From: a virus
Virus record (IMG/VR): IMGVR_UViG_3300029305_001596
Location: 1-42,547 of that record
Length of the DNA stretch: 42,547 bases
Direction: 5' to 3' (one strand)
The notes under the pieces are model-generated. The model searched no databases and had not been told where the DNA came from. It saw only the letters and a program-made list of their open reading frames with translations. Shown here in pieces: positions 23,937 through 31,800 of this stretch. A program made the position numbers and the translations under genes. How positions within the stretch are numbered: position 1 is the first letter of the stretch; each line of letters begins with the position of its first letter.

Positions 23937-24260
23937 ATGCCAATGAAATATCCGTTTCACGCCTGGGTCAATTTCGGCAAGGGCGACAGCGCAGGCACTG
24001 ATATCGAAGTTGAACTGACGCAGGAAGAATTTGAGCGCATGGAATCTCTTCGCTGTATGCACCCGGATGATCGCCCGTTCTTCGATGACTGCCCTCATCT
24101 CTCGGATATCTATCACAAGGCGCATGCCGTTGCTGTTGCCCAGATCACTGCAGAGCAAATCGAATACGGAGAGCATGAGGCCTTCGACGAAGACGGAGAG
24201 CCATGGTCTGCAGACAGTGAATACAGTATTGGCGTCATGGCTTACTGGGAGTATGAATAA
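23937..24260 (+). CDS. Acidic hypothetical protein (107 aa; ATG 23943 has the better SD spacing)
   Basis: ORF track. Asp/Glu-rich (EAFDEDGEPWSADSEYS). Lies 8 nt after the preceding gene. Confidence 0.6.
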   Translation: MPMKYPFHAWVNFGKGDSAGTDIEVELTQEEFERMESLRCMHPDDRPFFDDCPHLSDIYHKAHAVAVAQITAEQIEYGEHEAFDEDGEPWSADSEYSIGVMAYWEYE

Positions 24261-24265
24261 AAGGA

Positions 24266-24760
24266 GTGTTTATTTTGCAAAACAGGAAACTCAACAAAGA
24301 GATCGCATACGCAAACGCAATTGCTAATGGACATGGCCTTAAATGGCACGGGTTCCTTATTTATTTTGTTATTTGGATGAACGCTTTGTACTGTTTTACT
24401 TATAATGTAATGCCCCTTCTTGACGGAACTGTATGGGGTGAGTATTACGAATTGATAAAGCAGTACAAACCAGACCTTTTTATTTCAGGCATTCTAATTG
24501 GGGTTGCTTACCTTATTCTTGTTGTTGGCTTAGTGAGGACGCGTTTTGCTCTTGCACAGTTTAAGAAAAATGCACCTAAAAAGCTCACGCGCTGTTATAT
24601 CATTTCGATTGTTCTGCCAGCAACCTTTTGGTTGTACTCAAGTGTGAGTATAAGTGAATTTATTCCAATGCCTTGGATCATAAGCGCGTTAGGCACCTGT
24701 TTTGGGGCCTTTATCAATCATATCTATTATAAGAAACGCAGCTACCTGTTCGTAAACTGA
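24266..24760 (+). CDS. Four-TM membrane protein in an A+T-rich island (164 aa; TTG 24275 alternative start)
   Basis: Hydrophobic segments WHGFLIYFVIWMNALYCF, ISGILIGVAYLILVVGLV, CYIISIVLPATFWLY, IISALGTCFGAFINHI. Sequence is visibly more A+T-rich than its flanks. Confidence 0.7.
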   Translation: MFILQNRKLNKEIAYANAIANGHGLKWHGFLIYFVIWMNALYCFTYNVMPLLDGTVWGEYYELIKQYKPDLFISGILIGVAYLILVVGLVRTRFALAQFKKNAPKKLTRCYIISIVLPATFWLYSSVSISEFIPMPWIISALGTCFGAFINHIYYKKRSYLFVN

Positions 24761-24781
24761 CATTTAGATGGTGATAAGTCT

Positions 24782-25885
24782 ATGCCACGTCAAACATTGA
24801 AACGCCGTGAAGACGGCAGGTTCCGTGTCAAGTACCATGGCATTCAGTTCTACGGCTCCACACAGAAGGAAGCCATGCAGAAGCGCGATGAATACAAAAA
24901 ACGTCTGGAAGCAGGCATCCTTGAAGAAAACAGCATCAAAACCTATGCTGCACGCTGGGTGTCCACATACAAAAGCCATGTTTCGCCAAACATGTACAAC
25001 ACCCACGTCCGCATCCTCAATCGCCTGTGTGATCATATCGGCAATAAGCCCATGGCTGATGTCACCACCATGGACCTGCAGTCGTTCATCAACACCGTCA
25101 GCGATAAATCACAGAAAACCATCAATGCATACCGTGACACCGTCAAAGGCATGTTCAAATCCGCTTTAGGAGACCGTGTAATCGCCTTCAACCCAGCCCT
25201 TGGTATCACACTTCCAAAAGGAACCAAAGGCTCCCACAGGGCTATCACAGCCGAAGAACGGCAGCTTCTCTTATCTGTCCAGCATCGCATCCGCCCAGGT
25301 GTTCTTACCATGCTGTATGCCGGTCTGCGTCGCGGTGAAGCAATGGCTCTTGACATTGACCGTGATGTGGATTTTGAATCCAAAACCATAACCGTCAGGG
25401 AAGCTCTCCGCTTTGAGGGCGGCCATCCTGTCCTCACCAACACCAAAACAGAGGCAGGTGAGCGCACCATCCCCCTTATGCCCATTTTGGTGGAAGAGCT
25501 TAAAGGCAGGCATGGATTGCTCATGGTAGATGTTGATGGCAACCTCATGTCAGAATCAGCTTTTGACCGTGCGTGGTCTTCTTATATCACCACATGCGAA
25601 ACCACCCTCAATGGCTGTGCAAAAAGATGGTACGGCAAAAAGAAAGAACACCAGAATCTGGAACTTCCCCCATGGCGTTCTGTTGATATCCGCCCTCATG
25701 ATCTGCGCCATTCCTTCTGCACCATGCTATATGATGCTGGCATTGATCTGAAAACAGCGCAGAAATGGATGGGGCATGCTGATTATTCCATGATCATGCG
25801 AATCTATGCGCACCTCACAGAAGAAAAAGAAGCCGAAGCCAAAAAAGCTCTTCTGGGGTTCAAAACGGGGTTCAACGCTCAATGA
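24782..25885 (+). CDS. int: Tyrosine integrase (367 aa)
   Basis: C-terminal catalytic region RPHDLRHSFCTMLYDAGIDLKTAQKWMGHADYSMIMRIYAHL (R..HxxR..Y). Adjacent to a tRNA-derived attP. Confidence 0.95.
   Translation: MPRQTLKRREDGRFRVKYHGIQFYGSTQKEAMQKRDEYKKRLEAGILEENSIKTYAARWVSTYKSHVSPNMYNTHVRILNRLCDHIGNKPMADVTTMDLQSFINTVSDKSQKTINAYRDTVKGMFKSALGDRVIAFNPALGITLPKGTKGSHRAITAEERQLLLSVQHRIRPGVLTMLYAGLRRGEAMALDIDRDVDFESKTITVREALRFEGGHPVLTNTKTEAGERTIPLMPILVEELKGRHGLLMVDVDGNLMSESAFDRAWSSYITTCETTLNGCAKRWYGKKKEHQNLELPPWRSVDIRPHDLRHSFCTMLYDAGIDLKTAQKWMGHADYSMIMRIYAHLTEEKEAEAKKALLGFKTGFNAQ
25855..25875. repeat. Arm-type repeat pair GGGGTTCAA x2 left of attP (inside the integrase 3' end)
   Basis: GGGGTTCAA at 25855-25863 and 25867-25875. 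The same 19-mer GGTTCAAAACGGGGTTCAA recurs at 26092-26110. Confidence 0.6.
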
Positions 25886-25939
25886 AAGCATTATAAAAGC
25901 CTTATAAATCAAAGGATCCGCATTCGTAAAGCATTTTAT

Positions 25940-25984
25940 TTCGGGACCAAAAGGTCGCAGGTTCAAATCCTGTCACCTCGACCA
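25940..25984 (+). other. attP core: 3' portion of a tRNA-Pro(CGG) (anticodon loop to CCA)
   Basis: TTCGGGA loop, CCAAA, AGGTC, GCAGG-TTCAAAT-CCTGT, CACCTCG-A-CCA. No 5' half is present, so it is not a functional tRNA gene. Confidence 0.75.
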
Positions 25985-25987
25985 CTG

Positions 25988-26022
25988 AAAACCCTTGATT
26001 TACAAGGGTTTTCTTCTTTTTT
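25988..26022 (+). terminator. Rho-independent terminator after the tRNA fragment
   Basis: AAAACCCTTG (25988-25997) pairs with CAAGGGTTTT (26003-26012), then CTTCTTTTTT. Confidence 0.75.
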
Positions 26023-26055
26023 ACCGTAATTTCCCACCAACCAAAATATACCCTT

Positions 26056-26110
26056 TTGAACCCTAAAAAACACTTATTGAACCCCATCAAGGGTTCAAAA
26101 CGGGGTTCAA
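26056..26110. repeat. Arm-type repeats right of attP: TTGAACCC, TTGAACCCC, GGGTTCAA, GGGGTTCAA
   Basis: Copies at 26056-26063, 26077-26085 (inverted orientation), 26091-26098 and 26102-26110. Confidence 0.6.
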
Positions 26111-26141
26111 AAAATCACCCCTGCACCGTGCGATGCAGGGG
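26108..26141 (-). terminator. Terminator of the accessory operon
   Basis: CCCCTGCA (26118-26125) pairs with TGCAGGGG (26134-26141). On the minus strand it is followed by TGATTTTTTG. Confidence 0.75.
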
Positions 26142-26148
26142 CTTGTTT

Positions 26149-26805
26149 TCATTTCTGGACAATGTACTTGTAGTACATCTCCGCCTTGTTCGGCACAGCG
26201 TCCTCATCCTCCAGCCAGTCCTTGGCCAGGCAGGCGAAAATCTCCGGGCTGTCCATGCCGTGCTTCGCAAGCGTCTTGCCAAAGTCACTCCACACAGCGT
26301 TCATAGCGGCGTAGAACTCAACCATCTTGTGTTCCATGCCCATCTTGGTCGCCCACTTCGCTGTCTCTTCCATGGGGAAGCGAACACCCATGCTGCGCAC
26401 CCAGCGCTCTGCAGTCATGCGATCCAGCCCTTCTGCCGTCCACGCACGGCCCTGCATCATGGGTTCCTGAGCATGCTTGCCGTAATGGCTGCGCGGCTCT
26501 TCGTAATTGCCATTCCCGTAGCCGATCATAGACTTGTCGTATTCGCCGTCTACAGGCCCGTAATCCATGCTCTGGCGGGGAATGTTGCCGAACTCACCCT
26601 CGTTCTTATAACCGCGTTCTCCGGGCTGATAAGGCCGAAATTCGGGGTAGCCGGTGTCTTCGCCATTGTACTTGATGCGGTAAGGGTCAGCCTCCATGTA
26701 TCGGCCGCGCCCATCGCGCCTGCGCCGCATCTCCATGTCTTCTTCATACCGCATCTCATCACCTCCCCGGCTTGCGGCATATCTCATCATCAGGGAATTA
26801 CTCAT
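26149..26805 (-). CDS. Accessory-operon protein 5 (218 aa): charged low-complexity N-half, helical C-domain
   Basis: RYEEDMEMRRRRDGRGRY...GYPEFRPYQPGERGYKNEGEFG, then ...FYAAMNAVWSDFGKTLAKHGMDSPEIFACLAKDWLEDEDAVPNKAEMYYKYIVQK. ATGA overlap with the upstream gene. Confidence 0.65.
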   Translation of the reverse strand: MSNSLMMRYAASRGGDEMRYEEDMEMRRRRDGRGRYMEADPYRIKYNGEDTGYPEFRPYQPGERGYKNEGEFGNIPRQSMDYGPVDGEYDKSMIGYGNGNYEEPRSHYGKHAQEPMMQGRAWTAEGLDRMTAERWVRSMGVRFPMEETAKWATKMGMEHKMVEFYAAMNAVWSDFGKTLAKHGMDSPEIFACLAKDWLEDEDAVPNKAEMYYKYIVQK

Positions 26806-27203
26806 TACGCGCCACCTCCTTCGGCAGCAGGAATCGTCCCATCAAGGCTGATGGCCGCATTGAACTTGCGGAACAGCAGCGGAGCAAGAATCTTGAAAGC
26901 GCCGTTAGCGCCGCTCCCCACAACCGCCACGGGATAGCTGTATCCTGTACGCAGGCGTTCGGCTGTTACCTGTACGCCGTTACAGTCCAGAAGGGGGTAT
27001 TCCACAGTGCCGGTTCCAATGGTGATCACAACGTCCGCACCAATGGTTGTCGCTTCAGGAATATCACCAATCAGGCGCAGGAAGTACGGGCATCCGCTTG
27101 TGTACGTCCATTGAGGAATGTTGATGGTCAGCGTGCCATCAGCGAAGGTGATCGCATCCGGCGTTATGCTTCGCGGGTCAATACGCAGAATCCTGTAATC
27201 CAT
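26805..27203 (-). CDS. Accessory-operon protein 4 (132 aa), beta-rich, unknown
   Basis: ORF track. Preceded by GAAAGGATGTGATGAA. Confidence 0.6.
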   Translation of the reverse strand: MDYRILRIDPRSITPDAITFADGTLTINIPQWTYTSGCPYFLRLIGDIPEATTIGADVVITIGTGTVEYPLLDCNGVQVTAERLRTGYSYPVAVVGSGANGAFKILAPLLFRKFNAAISLDGTIPAAEGGGA

Positions 27204-27223
27204 TTCATCACATCCTTTCTAAA

Positions 27224-27246
27224 GGGAGGCGGTTCTTCCGCCTCCC
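27224..27246 (-). other. Perfect 9-bp hairpin between accessory genes 3 and 4
   Basis: GGGAGGCGG-TTCTT-CCGCCTCCC. Only a weak U-tract follows (TTTAG), so it is more likely an attenuator or stabiliser than a full terminator. Confidence 0.5.
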
Positions 27247-27265
27247 CGCTCTTCTGGGTTAAAGG

Positions 27266-27988
27266 TCAGCCAGCAAGGACATAGCCATTGCCGCAGTTGC
27301 CGCCCCAGCCAGTGAACGTGCCGCACGCGTTGGTGGGGAAATTCACCGGGGTAGGAGGCTGAACAACATACGCAGGGGTCGGGCAGTCAGCGCCCAGGCG
27401 GCGCAGCAGGGTGGCGGTCTGCGCCTCCTGATTGGCCGTGATGAAAGCGTTCTGCGCACTCTGACTGGCCGCGAACTTCAGGCTCTGGTTCTCGGCAGTC
27501 AGGGTAGCGATCTTGTCCTGAGTCAGGAAGTCAAGGATCGCGCGAGTGCCGGAATTGGTAGCGTCGATGATGTCGCGGGTGTTGTTCTGCATCAGGTTGC
27601 GGGTGGCGCAGTCCTCAGTAGCAATGGTGTACTTCAGGTCTGCAATGGCCGCACGGTTGTCGCAGCAGCACTGGGCCAGCTGGCCGCTCAGGTTGTTCAG
27701 GCCGTTCTGCACGCCGTAGAACCCGTCGCACAGGCCGCGCTCAATGCCGCGCACACCGTTCTGCAGGTCGTTAAAGGCAAAGCCTGCGTTGATATCGGCG
27801 CGGGTCGCCATGCCCTGGAAGCCGGAATTGCCGCCGCCAAAACCAAAGCCGCCGCCCCAGCCGCCGCCAAGCACAGCCAGAATCACGATCAGGCCCAGCA
27901 GGCCTTCCCAGCCGCCGCCAAACATTCCGTTGTTGCGGTTTTCACCCTGTCCGCTCAGGTATCCGGTAAGGAACTCATTATCTGCCAT
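27266..27988 (-). CDS. Accessory-operon protein 3 (240 aa): Gly-rich N-terminal TM protein with Cys cluster and coiled coil
   Basis: GMFGGGWEGLLGLIVILAVLGGGWGGGFGFGGGNSGF; QCCCDNR; C-terminal GWGGNCGNGYVLAG. Preceded by GAAAGGATGTGATTTATGA. Confidence 0.7.
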   Translation of the reverse strand: MADNEFLTGYLSGQGENRNNGMFGGGWEGLLGLIVILAVLGGGWGGGFGFGGGNSGFQGMATRADINAGFAFNDLQNGVRGIERGLCDGFYGVQNGLNNLSGQLAQCCCDNRAAIADLKYTIATEDCATRNLMQNNTRDIIDATNSGTRAILDFLTQDKIATLTAENQSLKFAASQSAQNAFITANQEAQTATLLRRLGADCPTPAYVVQPPTPVNFPTNACGTFTGWGGNCGNGYVLAG

Positions 27989-28046
27989 TCATAAATCACA
28001 TCCTTTCTTTATTCACAAGCGCAGGCCGTACGCTCCCGCGGTTGTT

Positions 28047-28259
28047 TCATCGTGTAATGCCGTACTGACGTAGCACTTCGTCTACGGTCGTACCGCGCTC
28101 CCGGCACATGTTTTCAGCCGTCTGCATCAGCTGCTGAGGCGTTTTCCCGCCAATCAGCTGCTGAAGCTGCGGGTTGCTGTTCAGCATCTGGTGGATCATC
28201 GCATCGGGGTTTCCGCCGTTTTTGGCCATGTTCACAAGCTGCATCAGGTTAAAACTCAT
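28047..28259 (-). CDS. Accessory-operon protein 2 (70 aa), helical, unknown
   Basis: ORF track. 11-nt overlap with the upstream gene. Confidence 0.55.
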   Translation of the reverse strand: MSFNLMQLVNMAKNGGNPDAMIHQMLNSNPQLQQLIGGKTPQQLMQTAENMCRERGTTVDEVLRQYGITR

Positions 28260-28566
28260 TAGTAGGTCCCTCCTTGCTGATCAGTCTCTGCAAAATGGCC
28301 CTTAATTCCGCCACTTCGCTTGCGGTCGCATAGGCCACAGGCGGCGCTTCAGGCACAAGCCTGTATTCGTTGATCACGCTGCTGCCCGTGTTCGGGTTGA
28401 AAATCTTCACAAAAACGCGTTCATGCCCCAGATCGGGAAACACCATCGGTCTGCCATTGAAATCCACGGGAACGCCGGTGGCTTCTTCCCTGCTGCTCAC
28501 CATGCAGCCAAGGATCGTAGGCTGCTGCTGGTATGGGTATGGCTGCTGGTAGTAGTTGCTTGGCAT
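28249..28566 (-). CDS. Accessory-operon protein 1 (105 aa): Q/Y/P-rich N-terminus, beta-rich core
   Basis: ATG 28566 lies 5 nt after GGAGGTG (the ORF-track TTG start is unlikely). MPSNYYQQPYPYQQQP... Confidence 0.6.
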   Translation of the reverse strand: MPSNYYQQPYPYQQQPTILGCMVSSREEATGVPVDFNGRPMVFPDLGHERVFVKIFNPNTGSSVINEYRLVPEAPPVAYATASEVAELRAILQRLISKEGPTNEF

Positions 28567-28640
28567 CACATCACCTCCAGGAACAGCATGCCATTTTTCG
28601 CCGTTCCTGCAGATGAAAGAAAGGTGCAAGTTCGGTGCAA

Positions 28641-28698
28641 AATAAAAAAGCCGCCCCGAAGGACGGCATAAAAAAGAAGGGGAGGCCGAAGCCTCCCC
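28641..28698 (-). terminator. Two tandem intrinsic terminators ending the late operon
   Basis: GGGGAGGC-CGAA-GCCTCCCC (28679-28698) followed by TTCTTTTTTAT. GCCGTCC-TTCG-GGGCGGC (28650-28667) followed by TTTTTTATTTT (minus-strand sense). Confidence 0.8.
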
Positions 28699-28701
28699 GT
28701 G

Positions 28702-28890
28702 TCAGAGCAGTTCCTTATTCCGTTTTACCAGGTATTTCAAGCCGCGTATGCTCATGCCGGTCTCGTCGGCAAGATCATAGTAGCTCACCCCATCCACCAG
28801 CTTCCTGCGCATGATATTCCTCGCCTTTTCACTGTGGATGTTTTCGTCAATCATGTGATTCAGTTCACTGTTCGTCGGTGCAGGAACCAC
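28702..28890 (-). CDS. Small sigma-70 region-4-like HTH protein (62 aa)
   Basis: ARNIMRRKLVDGVSYYDLADETGMSIRGLKYLVKR. Last gene before the double terminator. Confidence 0.6.
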   Translation of the reverse strand: MVPAPTNSELNHMIDENIHSEKARNIMRRKLVDGVSYYDLADETGMSIRGLKYLVKRNKELL

Positions 28891-28897
28891 CCCTTCC

Positions 28898-31800
28898 TTA
28901 TTTCTTCAGCCAATTGGCCTCAAAGTTGTAGTCATCATACAGCCCGGTCTGGTACAGGATCCGGCGAATCTCCTTGCGCTGCGCTTCGCTCGCCTGCTTG
29001 TAATGTTCCTTCATGAAGCTGGTAACAGTGCTCTTGATGGAGCTTGCTTTGGTACCGGCATACTCAAGGCCCTTTACATAGCTGCCAAGGTTCTTGTAGT
29101 TGCCACGGCTCACTTCGTCGGCAATTGATGATTTATTGATGCTTTTCTGTTTGGTCGAAACAGTCTCCATTGCAGTTTCATAGCCTTCAGTTCCCTTGCC
29201 AAAAGCCTCGGCAACAGCAACGCTCTTGGCCAGATCCACAATGGCTTTCACCTTCTTTGCCTTTTCGTCATCGCTCAACGCCTGGTATTCCTTGCTGCCG
29301 ATCAGTTCTTCCACGCCAGTCACCGCAATCTCTCTGCCGTTTGCATCGGCGTAGGTCCCGCCCTTATACCACAGTTCGCCATAACGTTTCTTATACGCTT
29401 CTTTCTGGAAGGGGTCCAGCGTTATGCTGTTTCCCTTGCTGGTCAGCGTATCCTTCGTTCCGCTCAAAGCGTCAACCGGCAGCATGTCGCTTGCGCCGGT
29501 CGCTTCACTCAGCCGCAGCAGTTCATTCACAACGGCGTCATCTCTTGCATCTGTCGTGGTAAAGGGGTCAATGAAGTTGCGCCAGTTTTCCTTGGTCATC
29601 ACGCTCTGGCCGGTCACATCCACCTTCTCAGGCAGCAGCTCATTACGGATCCAGGGAAGCTTATTGATCAGTCCGCTCTTCAGTGCAGCCATCATCACAT
29701 TCTTGTCCTTGGTATCACGCACATACGGGTCCACAGCGTTGGCAAGCTGACTGATCAGTGCAGGAACGTTCTGGCTTAAGGCGCTCTCAATCAGCGTGTC
29801 ACGGATGTTTTCCGATGTGCTGCCGTACCCTTCAAAGATATCCTTCAGTCCGCTCATAAAACTCGCGTCCAGGATCTGATCCATGCTGGCTGTCGTTGCG
29901 CTCATCATAGCATTCCATGCATCTTCGTCATCTTCAAAAATGCTGTTGGCAGCAACGCCCATAATGATGGGAGAAACCGCAGGCGCAAATGTGCTCAGGC
30001 TCATGTATTCATTGGTCAAAGGATTGTAAACATAGGGCGTGTACTGCGCACCTACAGCCGTTTGCAATCCGCGCTTCTTTGCATCATCCTCGTCCTGCGT
30101 ACCCATTTTGATCACGCCCAGGCTGCCAAGCATCATGCCCAGGCCAACCATCGCACTGCCGGTCAGCCCTCGCGCCATCCCTTCCACAAACCGCTGCTGT
30201 TCAAAGGTTTCTCCGCGCACTGCTCGCATGCCGTGCTGTATGGCCGTCTGTGCAAGGCCCATGGGGCTGTACTGCCACATGCGTTTCACAATGTTGGTAG
30301 GAACGCCGGTAAACGGCATAATGTAGTCCAGTGCATCGCCGATTCCCGGTATGCGTTTCATCGCGCTCAGCGCGTCCCGCACAGCGTTATCCTCGGTAAA
30401 AGTGGCAAAGTTGGCGTCGTTCTCCGCACGCTCCACCATCTGGTCATAGGTCGGTGTGGTTCCGTCCTCGTTGTGAAGAAGCCCACGATCCAGCAGCTTC
30501 TGCTGTTCGGAAAGACTGTTCACATACGCCTTCTTCCAGAAGTTTCGGTCACCAAAGCTCATCAGGAAGCTTTCCACGTTGCGGAAGGTTTCCAGCGCAT
30601 TACTCTGATACACACGCCCTTCACGTCTGGTGTTGTACTTGTCTCCCTGCCTGTTTTGCACTTCCGCCTTGTCCACAAAGAAGTCACGGAAAGTATCCTT
30701 TGTTTCCTGTGCAAAGGCCTTCCATCCGTCAGCACGTTCCTTCATGTTCAGGGATGCCACTGTACGCTGCCCACTTGCTGCGCCTATGGCCGTGTCAAGA
30801 CCAACGGCAATTCCGTGGCTCACTGCGTTCATAGTATTCTGCGCCACGTTGCCAATCACGTTTCTCATGGGGCTGGTCAGTGTGCCAAGCATGCTCATGT
30901 ATCGCCATGTACGCAGCTTTTCGCGGCCGGATACGGGCGTAATGTTGCCAAACGCCTCGTAGGCACGGGCAATGGCAAGGTCAGCATCTCTTCCTCCGCT
31001 TTCAGCACCAGCACCAACAAACAGGCCAAGCTGTGCGCCAATGTAGTCAAGGTCGGCTGTCGTTACCACTGCAAGTCCTTCGTTCATGTACTCAAGGCGC
31101 TGCACAAGAGTAAGGCCGTTCATCTCATTCATGGGATACGGTGTGGCCAGAATAGCCTCTAACATTCGCTGTTTCACCGTGGCACGGTTGTAGTTGATGC
31201 CAGGGCGACGTTCCTTGCCAAGTTTGTACTGATCAATCAGTGCTCTCTGGTATCCGTTCAGTTCAACGCCATAACGGCTGTCGTAAGAAGCCTGTTCAGG
31301 TTCCGGCAAACCAAGCAGCTTACTGCGCACCTGTTCAGCTGCGCTATCCATAGCCTTCTTTTTGGGTGCATGCGTCCGCAGCTCCTCCTGAAGGCTATTT
31401 TCAAGGCTGCCTGCAACCATTGCCTTTGCGCCAGTGGGGCTCATCTTGCTGAACAGTTTTCGTGCCTGCAGCTCCTGGCCTGCCTTGGTGCCCTCGCGGT
31501 TGTACTTGCTGGCAATGGCAAGCAGCGTTTCTGCGTCACCGTTGTGGTTTGCAATCGCCATTATCACATTGGCTTCCGCAGTATCGTCTGCACTGAAACG
31601 TTCCAGCCCAAGCAGTCTGTCGCGTTCCTGCTCAAAACCGTTTTGCACAATGCGGTTGTACCCGCGCTCTGCCTGCTCCATGTTGGTGTCAATCTCATAG
31701 TTCAGTTCTTCCGGGTTCTGGTACATTTCCTGCTTCAGCCAGTCTGGCATGGCTTCGCTTTGCTGCACGCTCTGCCTGGCAAACTGTCTCTCGCCCATGG

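Noticed and set aside
25902-26937. ORFs crossing the attP region (25902-26090 minus, 62 aa; 26056-26937 plus, 293 aa).
   Set aside because: They run through the tRNA fragment, terminator hairpins and arm repeats, or lie antisense to the accessory operon. They have no SD and implausible composition.
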